Positions 24,389-40,800 of a stretch of DNA of 64,000 bases are shown here, piece after piece. Positions within the stretch are counted from its first letter, which is position 1. The number at the start of each line of letters is the position of its first letter. The DNA comes from Felis catus (Eukaryota): assembly GCF_018350175.1 (NCBI RefSeq), contig NC_058383.1:1364001-1428000 (forward strand), given 5' to 3'. The notes below the pieces were generated by a model, which saw only the letters and a list, made by a program, of their open reading frames with translations, ran no database searches and was not told the origin of the DNA. The translations under genes and the position numbers were made by a program.

Positions 24389-24983
24389 GTAAGTGGGGTG
24401 GGGGTGGGCAGACCCCGTTTCTGCCTCGGGCTCAGGCTTGGGAAAGGTCCATTCCGGCCCAGCAGCCCCTCTTTCCCAGGACTGCCCTGAGTGTGAAGAG
24501 GGAGGCCCTGTCCCCTGCAGTCGGGTGGGGGCTGTTGGCCAGCAGAGCTGTGCCAGGGAGCTGGGGACAGGATTGGGGGTTGTGGCCTCAGGAGATGTGG
24601 GCCCTGGCGTCCACGGGGATGGCCTCCTTGGGAGGGAGTGGCAGGTGTGGATCCCTGCCTGCTAGGACATGCTCATCCCCGGCCCCCAGGGGTGGGCAGC
24701 GTGGCCTCCGTCCCACAGTACCACCGGCAGGGCGTGTGTCAACCTCGGCACTCCTGCTCGCGGGGCCCGGCTCCGACCAGGCCCGGCGTGCTGCCTCCCC
24801 GGGCCCTCCCAGCTTCTGAGGCTGGCGTGGGCTCCTGGGTCGGCTGTCTCATCTTGGGAACAGAGCTGGGTCTGGCGGGACAGGGGACCTCCGTGCATTC
24901 GTGGGCCATGCATGTCGAAGCCCCTTCCGAGGCCCCACTTTGTCCGAGGGGTGTGGAAGGACAGGCTGCTGTGCCTCCCTGCG

Positions 24984-25365
24984 GCTCACCTGCCTGGGTC
25001 GACCCTGCTCACCTGCCTGGGTCCCCCGCTCACCTGCCTGGGTCCCCCCCCCCCCCAACTCACCTGCCCGGGTCCCCCCGCTCACCTGCCTGCGTCAGTC
25101 CCGGACACCTGCCTAGGTTCCCCCTTTCACCTTCCTGGGACCCCCCCCCCACCTCACTCACCTGCCTGGGTCCCCCCCGCACACCTGCCCGGGTCCCCCC
25201 GCTCACCTGCCTGCGTCAGTCCCGGACACCTGCCTGGGTTCCCCCTTTCACCTTCCTGGGACCCCCCCCCCCACCTCACTCACCTGCCTGGGTCCCCCCC
25301 GCACACCTGCCCGGGTCACCCCCGCTCACCTGCCTGGGTTCACCACCACCACCTGCCTGCGTCGG
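24984..25365. repeat. Minisatellite in MAFK intron, ~22 bp unit (GCTCACCTGCCTGGGTCCCCC)
   Basis: About 16 units including a duplicated ~121 bp block. Confidence 0.92.
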
Positions 25366-25714
25366 CCCCGCACCAGGCACTGGAGACTCACAGAGGGCTG
25401 CGCACGGGTGGGCCACAGCCTCGCAGGTTCTGGACGGCAGGTGGTAACCAGGTGAGGGGCAGGCGTAGCGGGGATCCCCGTCAGGGAGCCACCCGCGTTC
25501 TGCCGCGTGCGTGACGTCGGGAGGCCCCCCGCCCCGACGGAGGCGTGAGGGCCGGCTTGGGGGGCAGAGAGGGTGCCTCCGGGTGTTCCTGCTGCCCGGG
25601 ACCAGGCTCTCGGCCACGCGGCCTCCGTTCCCGGGCAGACGCCGGGCCGCCCTCCGGGGCCCTTCCCACCACCCCCTCCTCCGCGCTGACCGCCGTGCCG
25701 CGCGGCCCCCGCAG

Positions 25715-26149
25715 GTCAAGAAGGAGGCGGGCGAGAACGCCCCGGTGCTCAGCGATGACGAGCTGGTGTCCATGTCGGTGCGGGAGCTGAACCAGCACCT
25801 GCGGGGCCTCACCAAGGAGGAGGTGGCCCGCCTGAAGCAGCGCCGGCGCACGCTCAAGAACCGCGGCTACGCGGCCAGCTGCCGCATCAAGCGCGTGACG
25901 CAGAAGGAGGAGCTGGAGCGGCAGCGGGTGGAGCTGCAGCAGGAGGTGGAGAAGCTGGCGCGGGAGAACAGCAGCATGCGGCTGGAGCTCGACGCGCTGC
26001 GCTCCAAGTACGAGGCCCTGCAGACCTTCGCCCGCACCGTGGCCCGCGGGCCCGTCGCCCCCACCAAGGTGGCCACCACCAGCGTCATCACCATCGTCAA
26101 GTCCGCCGACGTCTCCTCCGCCTCCGTGCCCTTCTCGGCCGCCTCCTAG
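25715..26149 (+). CDS. MAFK: MAFK coding exon 2, extended homology region plus bZIP domain
   Basis: Acceptor gcag|GTC at 25715; [32 protein letters not shown]...[21 protein letters not shown]...leucine zipper...VPFSAAS*; 144 codons plus stop, 156 aa in total. Confidence 0.98.
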   Translation, partial: VKKEAGENAPVLSDDELVSMSVRELNQHLRGLTKEEVARLKQRRRTLKNRGYAASCRIKRVTQKEELERQRVELQQEVEKLARENSSMRLELDALRSKYEALQTFARTVARGPVAPTKVATTSVITIVKSADVSSASVPFSAAS

Positions 26150-28244
26150 TGGCCCGCCGCCGGGAGGGGGGGCGGGCGGGGGGCGCCCCCCCCCCCCGGG
26201 TGCCCGCCGGAGGGTCCGCGTGGCGCGGACCCCTTAACGCCCCAGTCGAAGCGCAGACTCCCGGCGGGGACGAGGCCGAGGGTGCGGCCGCAGATGGGGT
26301 CTGGCGAGCCCGCGGGCCGCACGCCTTCCCGCACGCACGCGCACGCACGCGCACGCACACAGCCGGCCCTCCCCCGGGCCCCGCCGGCTCTCCCCAGAAG
26401 GTCTCCGGGGGCGCGTGTCTTGCGCCGGGGGGCGTCGGGGCGTATGGAGGGAAGGTCCTCAGAAGGTCGCCGCCGGCCTTGTGGCCCGGATGGCAGGGGC
26501 TCTGTCTGCCACCCCTCCCGAGAGTGGCCTGTCGTGGTCCAGCGGCCGGTGCGGGCACCCCCTCCCTGCCCTGACTGAGCTCTGGGTGCCTGGGGAGGAG
26601 CCGTTGGTCCCCGGTGACGGACAGCACCCTGACCCTGCTTCAGCCCCACCAGAGGCCGGCGCCCCCGCGAGGCAGAGGGAGGGGGGGCTGCTCTAGGACT
26701 GCGCGCGCCTGGGGGCGTGCCTGCCGTGACACCCGCGTGCCGGCGGCGCGGGGCCTCGGAGGAGCGGGTTGGTCCGGGTGGTCCCTTGGGGGCCTCCGGG
26801 GTACACGTGCAGAGTTGCACGAGGACTCGGGAATTTCCCCTCTGTTGGACCGACCCCGGGGAGGTCCGCTGCGGGGAGCTGGCCGGGAGCCCTACGCAGG
26901 GAGGGCCGGCAGGGTCCGGGGCGGAAGCGGAGCTATCCCTGCCGAGCAGGTGGGAAGTCGGCGCGGCCTCGGGAGTGGGTTGTGGTCCCGCTGCCAGAGT
27001 GACCGGTGGAGTCCGAGGGTGAGGAGGGTGTGATGGCCAAGGAGGTGACGCTAGGCACCGGGCCAGGACCAGCCTTCTGGGGGCACCTGGGTGGTCTGTC
27101 GGTGCAGAGGACAAGGGGACGCGGCCACCTTGGTGCTTATTCCTCGCCTGAAACTTTTACCTGTTCTTTCTTTCTGACACTTGGAGCCCCTGATGACCTC
27201 GGTGACCTTTGCTGGGGCTCCCGGCTTCCTCTTGGCCTGTCCCCCCGCCACCTAGGGAGACCCCCAGCGAGCTGCAAGGCCCCTGTGCAGGAAGAGGCAG
27301 ACTGGGCGGGACAGACGCCCGGAGAGCTCCCTACGGAAGACGTCTGGGTCTCTCCGGCAGCACTGCCGTGCGGCCTTGGCCTTGGCCTTGGCCTTGTCCT
27401 GGGGGAAGGTGAGGGGTCTGGGGCGTGCTGGATCCTTACGGAGCAAAAGGCCCAGCGTGTAAAAAAAAAATTAAAAAAAAAAAAAGCTGTCGATACCATA
27501 GCCATGGTAGGTAATCCACATTGGATATCAATAAGGACCACGGGGAAATATTTAAAAGAGAGAAAAGTATATATATATATAAAATTATATACACATTTTA
27601 TCGTACAGATTTTTCGTAACTTTTTTCCTGTTTTTACTGTAAATCCCTAATCGAGCAGAGCTGCGGTTGGAGTAGGGGGGGTGGGGGCCGGGGGCTGTCG
27701 CCGCTGCCCGCTGCCCTCGGGAGTGCTGGCGCCCTGCATGCCCCCTCCCCCCCCCCCCCCCCCGCCCCTGTCCAGAGGGGGCTTCTGTCACCGCCCGGGG
27801 CACCTCGCCATGCCTGCCCGCTCCTGGGGACCAGGGGCCAGGGAAGGAAGACCGGAGCATTCTCTCATGCCTTTCCTCTCAGCTCGTTGAGATTTCATTG
27901 TCCCCGTTTTAATATATGGATTTGTTTTATTTAAAAGGCAAGGATCTCTGTCCCTTGGGTTTGTTTTCCTGATTCTTGTGCTTCAGACTCGGGGTCCTTC
28001 CCAAGGGAGGCAGACTCTGTCCCCCCGGGGGGCAAGGCCTCCCATTTCCTGGCCTTGGTCATTCAGCTGTTCCATTTCAATATTTATTTTTGTGCTGCTT
28101 TTATCGTGGTATAAATTATTGAGAAGAGACCCCACGTCGTGGTCCTTGTCCGTATGACGTGTGCCCCGCGCCTGCCCTGTCCCCTCACGGCCACCACCTA
28201 ATTTATTGCTGTACATCTCTGCTGTGACGCTTTTGTACCTTTGC

Positions 28245-28250
28245 AATAAA
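28245..28250 (+). terminator. MAFK: MAFK polyadenylation signal
   Basis: AATAAA preceded by TGTA motifs and followed by a GT/T-rich tract, ~2.1 kb after the stop codon. Confidence 0.75.
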
Positions 28251-29524
28251 GAGTTTTCTGGTTTCAGACCCGCCTGGTCTTCTGATTGGTGCTGTGGGTC
28301 GAGTCCTCGAGTGCAGGGGCCGTGAATGTGCTGGGCCGCTGCACCCCCCCCCCCCACATCCCAGCCCCCGACCCGGTCGCCCTCCCCTGCGATGGGTCTC
28401 CTTGGCTGTGGGGTCCGTCCGGTCAGCCACGGTGCGTGCAGGGGGTCAGGCTGGCAGACCTGGCCAGCTGGCCTTCTGAATGGTGGGCACCATCCCTGAG
28501 GGTCCCATCCACCGAGACCAGGAGCCCCCAAGCCCTTGGGCAGCCCTCCCTCTCCAGCTGGGGCTGCTCCCTCCCACCCCCCCCGGCGGCCTGTGCCCCC
28601 GTCTCAGGCCAGGTCTTACGGGAGGTGGGGAGAGAGACGTCCTGCCCGGGGTGGGCAGCGAGGTGCCCTGCCCGGTAGCCTAAAAGAAGTGGAGTGGAGG
28701 GCCCATCCTCTGGGGACGCTGTCCCCGCCTCACCGGTCTTCCCTTCCCACCTTAGCCGCCGAAGGAGGGCGGGCTGGTGGGTGCGGCCTTAGGGTCTCCA
28801 AGCCCCGCCAGCCCTCCTGCCACACCTCTGCCTGAGCTGACAGGGTGGCTTGTGGGCAGGGTGCTTCAGCGCCTTGGCTTTAACCTCTGAGTGACGGAGG
28901 GCCCGTTCCCTCCCCTTTGTAGCCGAGCGCTCCCTTCTGTGAACTTGGCAGGGGGCCCGGTGTGCCAGCACAATGGGGTCACCATGGCCCACGGCTAAGC
29001 CAGACGCCCCCGAAGCCCGGCCTGTGCCTCCTGCGAGAGCCCTGGGGCGGCCAGGTGACCGCAGCGGGCAGCAAGCTTGGGGGTATGAGCTGGGGAGGCA
29101 CGGACCCCAGCCCTGTTCCGGGCCCCTGGGAAGTCAGAGGTACCCCTCTGCCCCGCCCCGGCCACCCACCTCTCCAGGCTGCCTCCTCGGGGTTGGATTG
29201 TTGGGGCCATTTCCCACACGAGAGCACGGAGGCCAGGACAAGTTAGATAAGCCTGGCCCTGGCCCTGTGCGGTGGGGCCCAGAACCGGAAGCCGGCCCTG
29301 CTGTCCTAGGTGGTGAGACGGGCCTCCTTCCCCTCCTCCTCCAGAGCACCCAAGCTCCCCCCTGGCGGACGAGGCCGGTGACGGGGGTGCAGTGGCTTTG
29401 ACCTTGAGGCTCTGTGCTCCCCTGTGGGTGTCCAGGAGAAGCGGGGTCTGGTCTGGGCAGAGGTGTCTGTAGGGGCTGGACAGGTGGGAGAGCTGGGCTT
29501 TGGGAGGCTGGTCTGCCTCCTGCC

Positions 29525-29640
29525 GGCTCTGTGACCTCAGGCAAGTGGCTTAACCTCTCTGGGCCTTCGTCACCTTCCCTGCGGCTGTCGTGAGGACTAA
29601 GCGTAGGCCGGGTCCTACAGTGGGTGCTCGGTAAATGGGG
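29525..29640. mobile_element. MIR-like fragment (similar short MIR cores near 9315-9375, 41140-41190, 49860-49945, 52700-52770, 60510-60760)
   Basis: CTGTGACCTCAGGCAAGTGGCTTAACCTCTCTG...GTCGTGAGGACTAA core motif. Confidence 0.55.
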
Positions 29641-31342
29641 ACTCCCCTCACCCCAAAGTGCCAGGCTGACCAGGCTGCCCCCAGTGCACAGGCCTGGCCC
29701 GAGGGCGCCCCTGCAGCCAGGAGCCCGCAGTGCATCTGGTCTTTTGAAGGGGGTCTTGGCCCACTTACCCTGGTGCGCATAGCCTTAGGCACCTTGGGCC
29801 CTAAAGGGGTGGCCCTTCCCGGGCACGGGCCTCTAGGACAGCCCCCTCCTTCGCTCATGGTGGGGCTGGCACCGTGCCTCGCCTCCTCCGGATAGCCTCC
29901 AGCCGTGGTCCACAGGTCTCTGCAGGAGGCGCCACGCCCGTCCCCAAACCTGCTGACTGCAGCCTGTGGGGCCCGAGCTGGGCGGACTCTGGTCCGCCAA
30001 GTGCAGAGGGCATGATAAGGCGGGTGGGGGCCTCGCTCGGGGAGGCAGCCTGGCCTATCTTGCCGGGCAGCCCATCCGGGCCCTTGGAGAGGCTGTGGCC
30101 TTGAGTCCCGTGTCTCCAGGCCTAGGGAGCAAGGAGGCCGCGGGTGAGCCCATGCTGGTAGTTGACTCCTGCCCTGCGGGGTCTCTGGACCCTCAGCGCC
30201 TTTCCCTCTTACCCCGGTGACGGGTCGGGAGGTTGTCACCGAGTGGCGCCCACCAGGCCGCTCTTGCCCGGCCTGCGGCCCTGGCTCCCCACACCCGCGG
30301 GCCCCTGCCCACGCCCCCTCCCAGACACAGGCCTTCCCGGAGGCCTCCCCACCCCACTGGCTGCTTCTGGCCCCTCTTTCATGTTTCCCAGGCCGCTCGG
30401 GCATGTCACAGCTTCTGGATGGCAGGGCCTGTGTCTCTCGGGGTGCTGGCCTGGCACACAGGAAGAGAGAAGGACGAGGGAAGGCAGGCTCCAGGTGTGA
30501 CCCGTCTGTGCCCTGTGCCCTCTCCGGGCTTGCGTCCGTGGCCTTCATCCACCCACCGAGGGCGGGCTGGCAGGAGGCCCATCTTCTGGAGGAAGGTGAG
30601 CATGACCCTGGGTCTCTCGGGGCCACAGGGCAGGGCGCTCCGTCCACGCGTGAGCTCTTTGCCCTGCTCTGAGCGTTGCCCGGGACACTTGCCCCGACAC
30701 CCAGACTTAGCACAGTGGGGCTCCCGTGACCACCCACCGGGCGCCGACCCTGCAGGAACAGAGGCCACGGGAGTCACTAGAAAACGCAGGCTGTTTATGT
30801 ATAAATAGGTGATGCCCCCAGGAGCCCCACACGCTTCGCGGGCTGCCCAGGGTGAAGGTTCTGTGCAGGTGGCCCTGGGCACCTCCCAGAGCCTCATCAG
30901 GCACGCCTTCCCCGGGTGGGGGCTTTTCAGGAGTCCCCAGGGCTGGAGGGGGTGCAAAGCAGCTCTGCCCAGCCCAGTCCCCTGCCCCCACCGGCCCGTA
31001 GCGCCTACAGCTCCGGTGTCCTCAGGCCGGGGCTGCCTCGCTCTCCCAGGGCCCAGAGTGAGGTCCGTCCATCCGCCCCTGCCCTGCCGGTGCCTGCCTC
31101 ACGACAGCCCCATGACGGCCAGGTGAGCCCGGTGGGTTCCCGGTTCGTCAGATAAACTCAGGCGCCCTCTCCTGGGGCCACGGGCCTGCTGGCGGGAGGA
31201 AGGCTGGGAAGTGGTGCCGCCGGCCTGGCACCAGGGCTCCCAGGAGGGGCTTCACCTTTGGCAAGAGGGTGAGGGGCCCTGTGCTTTCCCAGAGGCCTGG
31301 GCAGCCTGGTCCAGGCAGGTGGCCGGTGTCCCCGTGGCCCTC

Positions 31343-31900
<558 letters not shown>

Positions 31901-32063
31901 TTAGGCTGCTGGAGTGGCCGCAGGCCATCTCTGCCGCTGAGCGTCATTCGCTAGGGATGCCCGGGGCCCTGGGGCCCGGACGTCCAGTCCAGCCATTTCA
32001 CCCCGAGCTCGGAGCCGTGCACCTCGCTGCCCCTGGGCCAGAAGCAGACGCCGCACCCGTCTA

Positions 32064-32450
<387 letters not shown>

Positions 32451-32675
32451 CTACACAGGCCTTGTGAGCTCAGCGGGATCTGCAGAGGGGACGAGGGTCA
32501 GGCCCTGGGACGTCCCATCTGTGTGGTCCTGTCCCACGGTGGGGGTTAGGGTGGCTGACATTCACGGGGAGGGATGCCTCCAAAGCCAAGTTCTCAGCAC
32601 GGTGGCCATCTGGGCGCTCCCCAAGCGTCTGCCTTGACCTCCCTGGTCCCAGAGCTGGGGCCCGCCTGACACTTA

Positions 32676-33677
<1,002 letters not shown>

Positions 33678-33932
33678 TTAACCCCCCCACCTCGTTCTCC
33701 TCCGGGTGGGCCGGCTGCAGGCTGCGAAGTCCTGGGGTCCTTGGCACACGTGGGTCTGCCTGCCACGGCCTTGCCCTGGCGGGTTCCCGAGAGGAGGGCG
33801 AGGCCTGTCCGTTCGTATGGGGACTTGGCCCTGGGCTGAGCCCTCCCCCAGGCCCTGCCGGCCTCTGCCCAGCACGGTGCCCCCACCAGGCCGGGCCCGC
33901 CCCCTCCCCGCAGGCACATCGGCCTGGCCTTA

Positions 33933-34491
<559 letters not shown>

Positions 34492-34624
34492 TCAGCTTTG
34501 GGAGCCCACTCCATCCCCGGTGACCCCGGGGCGGGCGGAGCCCTCAGCGGTCACTGAGGCAGCGATGCCCCACCCAGGGCCTGGACCCCGCCCTCGCATC
34601 CCGAATCCTGACCGTCAGGGGTCA

Positions 34625-35413
<789 letters not shown>

Positions 35414-35975
35414 TTACCACTGTTTATCGATAAACCTTTCCTGATTTTCCACGTCGTGAGGACGTGAAAAACCAGTGACAGGGTCTTCACGAGGAAGATG
35501 CACCAGGGAGCTGGGTATACAGGGCTGGCTGTGGTCCCACAGCACCTCTGGAAGGCTTCCCGGAGGAGGTGCCGTTCAGTGCCAGGCGGAGAGAGGGCAG
35601 TTGACCTGGAGGCTGTGTGTGGAGCCCCATGCGGACCCCACAGGAAGTGGCGGGGGCGGGGGACAGTCTCCTTATCAGTCCCTCAGTCCCAGCTGGTGCA
35701 GTGGGAGGGGTCCGGCATGACCAGCCAGTAGGAGACGGGGATTCTGCCCGGTGCTGGCGCTGCCCGGCTGGGTGGCCTTGGCAAGTACTCCCTGTGTTCT
35801 CCGGCCTTGCCTTCCCGTCTTTAAAGCGAGAGGCTGAGTCTCCCTCTGTCCTTCTGGGCTCTGGAAGGGCAGAGTCTAGCTGCCCTTGAGCTAAAGGGGC
35901 CTGGCAGTGTGGGCGGGGATGGGAGCTGCGTTCCATGGTGGGGACTGCCCTGTCTAGGCGGTGGGGACCCAGGAA

Positions 35976-35984
35976 GCGCGCACG

Positions 35985-36018
<34 letters not shown>
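35976..36018. repeat. (CG)n-(CA)n alternating purine-pyrimidine microsatellite
   Basis: GCGCGCACGCGCGCGCGCACACACACA... in a TMEM184A intron. Confidence 0.85.
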
Positions 36019-36833
36019 GTCGCCAGCGCTGCAGAAGGTTAGGGTTACACAGACAGGGAAGCCGAGACCCGAACACCCGGACCCAGGACTCTGCTGCTCT
36101 CTGCTCTATAAATCACAGCCTCCCCAAGACCCAACACCGTTCCTCCACCGAGGAGTAGGCACCACTCGCCTGTGCGGTCTACCTGTCCAGGGGCGGTGCA
36201 AACACTGCCTCCTCCAGGCTGTCCTCCCTGATGGCCCCTGCCGCTCTCAGCTGCACTGTGCTCCACTGGCCCCCATCACACCCTTGTGTCTGCCATGTAT
36301 TGTGATTTGAGGCCACACAGCAGGCAGCTCTCATCGAGATGGGAGTCTGGTCACCCCTCCGTGCCTTGGAGGCCTCTGGGCCACCCACCCCCCTGCCTGC
36401 TGGCCCGGAGCCCCCGCCAGTTGTTTCCTCCCCCAGTGCCGGCTGCACTACCCTGCAGGCCAGCTCTGCTCTCGGCACTGCCCCCCCCCACCCCCCCACC
36501 CCCGCCGCCTTCTCTGGCTCCCACACCCCCCAGGCTGAAAGCCAAACTCCGCTCTTCTGCGTCCTGAGTGCCCTCTGCCCAGACGGCCGGCTCCCTGGCC
36601 TCCCACCTCGCTGTCGCCCCGGTGCCTCCCCGAATGTCCGTTCTCCACTGCCCAGCCCCTGCGCTCAGACCCAAGACCTGCTGCCCGCTCCCGCCCTTCC
36701 TTGCTGCTGGGCGCGGCCATCCCCCCTCTGGGGGGCTGCCCCGTCTGCCGGGGGTTGTCACCGCCTGGGGCCGGGGGCTCCTCTGCTTCCCTGAAACTGA
36801 GGGGGCGGCCCCCCCCGACGCCCTGTCCTCTCA

Positions 36834-37859
<1,026 letters not shown>

Positions 37860-40800
37860 TCAGGCCCGGCCCTGGGAGGCCCGGCCTCCAGGGAAGCCTG
37901 GCTGGTCATTTGTGTGGCCACGTGGCCCTGGTGGCAGCCCCACGGGGGTGGGGAAGGGCTGCTATCTGGAGGCCCTATCGGGCTTGGGGAGGGGCGGCCA
38001 CAGCCTCCTCTCCAGGGTAGCCCACCTGAGCTGCCGCCTGCAGGGAGGGGCCCAGCAGGAGTGGGAGGAGCTGAGGCCTGTCCCCTCCCCCCGCGGTTGA
38101 CATTCTATCTTGGCCGCTGGCAGCTGGCTCCCAGGATCCTACAGGCCGCCAGGTGCCCTCACCTGCCTGTGCCAGCCGGTCAGGTGGCTCCTGCCTGGGC
38201 CCCAGGCGGCCAGGAGGGGTCTCGGTGGGTGGGGTGGGCGTGGGCTGCGTGGGGCCACGGGTTTCCGTGTGGGGCGATGACAAAGTTGTGGACCGAGGTA
38301 GGCAGGCCGCTGCACTCAATGCGGTGAAACGGTTTGCTTCAAGGATGGGTGAATTTGCGTTGTGAGAATCCCACCCTGTCCCCCACAGGTACTCCGGAAA
38401 CACTCCAGGGTGGAGGGGTGGAGGGGGACAGACAGGTCACTGGGCTCGCTGGGGGGCCTGGCTTCTGCTGCCCTGGGCTCAACCCTGAGCCCAGAGGCCC
38501 TCTGGGGAACGGCTGTCTCTGCTGTGTCTCTGGAGGGGGCGTCGGGGTTGGGGCCATACTCTGGTCGCAGACGCGTTCATGCTGCGGCCGTGGGTACCAG
38601 GACCAAGTGCCTGCTCTGTGCCCGTGATGGGGACACCCCGTCCGTGTCCTCTGTGCCACCTAACGCTCCCCGCAGACCTGGGCGATGGGGTCAAGGGCTG
38701 AATTGTTGGAACTACCGTTCCCTTTTAGATGTGGGGGTGGGGGGCTCAGAGAGGTTCATCCGCGTGTCTGCAGCCCCACCCCTGCACACACCAGCCCCGG
38801 GGGAGCCCCCCGAGGACAGGCCTTGCCTGAGTCTGCCCCCCACTCTGCATCACCCCCAGCGGGCCTCCCCTGAGCACTGCCTGGAACCTTCCACACCGAC
38901 CTTTCTCCCAGCCGTCCCCTCGCCCCGCAGGCTCACATGTCACCCACTCGGTCCTGTCCCCTCTTCAAATCCCACTTCTGTCCACCTGTTGGCTTTGTGC
39001 TGCCCCCCACCCCCTACACAGGGGATGCCGTGCCCATCCCCGGACGTGGGGGGTGAGCAGTCTGTGTGTGCCCTCATCCCTCGATGCCAGCTCCCAGCCG
39101 GTGCCCCGGGACCCGCGGGAGCGTCCATCGGTGTGTGCAGGGTGGTGCTGCCGGCCGTGGACGTGGCTGTCATCTTTATGGGGCAATTCTGGAGGTAGCA
39201 CCCATCATCGCCCCTGGTGACAATAGCTTGGGGACCCTCAAGGGAGAAGACTCAGCTTCTGGGACATGGACGGGGCTGGCAGGGGCCTGGGGAACCCACT
39301 CGTGCTGCAGGCAGGGGAACAGGCCTACATCCTTCCCAGGCTGCTGCCGGATTGACTAGGAATGCAGCAGGGGCACTGTGGTTAGATGTCAGAAGGACTT
39401 CCTAGCTGGAGTCAGCAGGCCCAGACCTCTGGGAGGGCACTGAAGGGCCTGGCTTTGAGGAGGCTCGAGGCCTGGACCCTGGACCCAGACGGAGGGACTT
39501 TCCAAGCGCCACCTTCTCAAAGGCAGAAACACTGTGGGGCACAGCGGCAGGTGGGGGCAAGGCATCCGGGATCCTCTTCTGCCCAAGGCCACCCCTGCTC
39601 TGACGGCAGAGGCCAGGTCTGCCCTCAAGTTTTCTTGTTCAGCCACTGCCTCCAAGAAGGCCTCCAGGGGTCCCCACTCCAGGGCCTCCTGCACACTCTG
39701 GGAAATGGCTGTGCTCAGGGGCCTTCCTACCAGCGCCAGCCATGCGTGCCCTTTAGAAGCCTGGGACCCTGCGAGGTGGGGGCGATCCCCTCCCCTCCTT
39801 CTCCGGGTCCTGACCTGTCGCTCAGGGGGCAGCCCCGGCCCTCAGGGCCTTGTTCTGCCCATGCCCTGGGCGGTCACCTTAGCAGAGACCTTCACCCCCC
39901 TGGGCCTTTGCTTTCTCATCTGTGCGGACGAGTCTGAGTTCTCCCGCCGCTCCTTGGGGTACGGCCTGTCGTACACCTGCCGTCACTGGGGGCCTGGGAC
40001 AACCCCCCTCGGCCTGCTCTCGGTTCAGGGAAAGGGTCCGGCCCCAGGGCTCTCCCTGGAGAGAAGGAGCCTGGGTGGGTGGGGCACGGGAGGGCGGCAG
40101 GGGAAGGAGCCGGGTGGGGGCTGGGGTTCGGCCCTGGGGGCGTGGGGGCCAGGACGGCTGATTCCTCAGCCGCCTGGCTGCCCGTGGCGCTGTTTGAATG
40201 TGGCCCCACCCCTGGCCGTGGGTGTCACGGTCCACGCACACTCAGGAGAGGTGGCGGGCCGGCCCGGCCTGATTTCCCTGCCTGGGGCTGGACGCTGACC
40301 GAGCCCGTCACAGGACGGACCTGCCTGCCCAGATCCGGGCAGCCAGGGCCTCTGACCCCTGTCTACAGTGACCAGCTGCCTGGACTCCCGGCAGGTCCTG
40401 GCTGGGCTGTGGGGCGGCTGAGACCTGGGAGCCCTCAGCCCCACACCTGCCCTTCACCGCTGGTGACCCACGACCCGTGTCTCCTTGGCCTTCCTGCTGG
40501 CCCCGGACCTCCTTCCTCACCTGCCCTGCCAGGCCAGCCCCCTTCTCAGACGGGCCGCCACCTGGGGACATCACTGAAGGCTCGCAGCCCCACCCCTGGG
40601 CAGGCAGAGGCAGGGCTGGGGCACGGCGGTGGGGGCATCGAGACACCTCGCTCCCCCCAGGCCGGCCCCATCGGAGTCCTCTGACTCTCCCGGGGGCCCT
40701 CCCTGCCTGGCGCCCGGGGAGTGGCAGACAGGGTTTGCCGCGAGCTTTTCGTATGGCCCACGCGGCCGTTGACTCAACTAATACCCACCGTGGCCTGGGG

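Noticed and set aside
24638..25714. ORFs in the MAFK intron and the N-terminal extension of the 212 aa ORF at 25511
   Set aside because: Intronic minisatellite and GC-rich sequence; the real exon starts at the acceptor at 25715.
29550..30737. 395 aa minus-strand ORF and the many other 100-300 aa ORFs
   Set aside because: G/P/R/A-rich composition expected from stop-poor GC-rich DNA; no recognisable domains; several lie in UTRs or introns.
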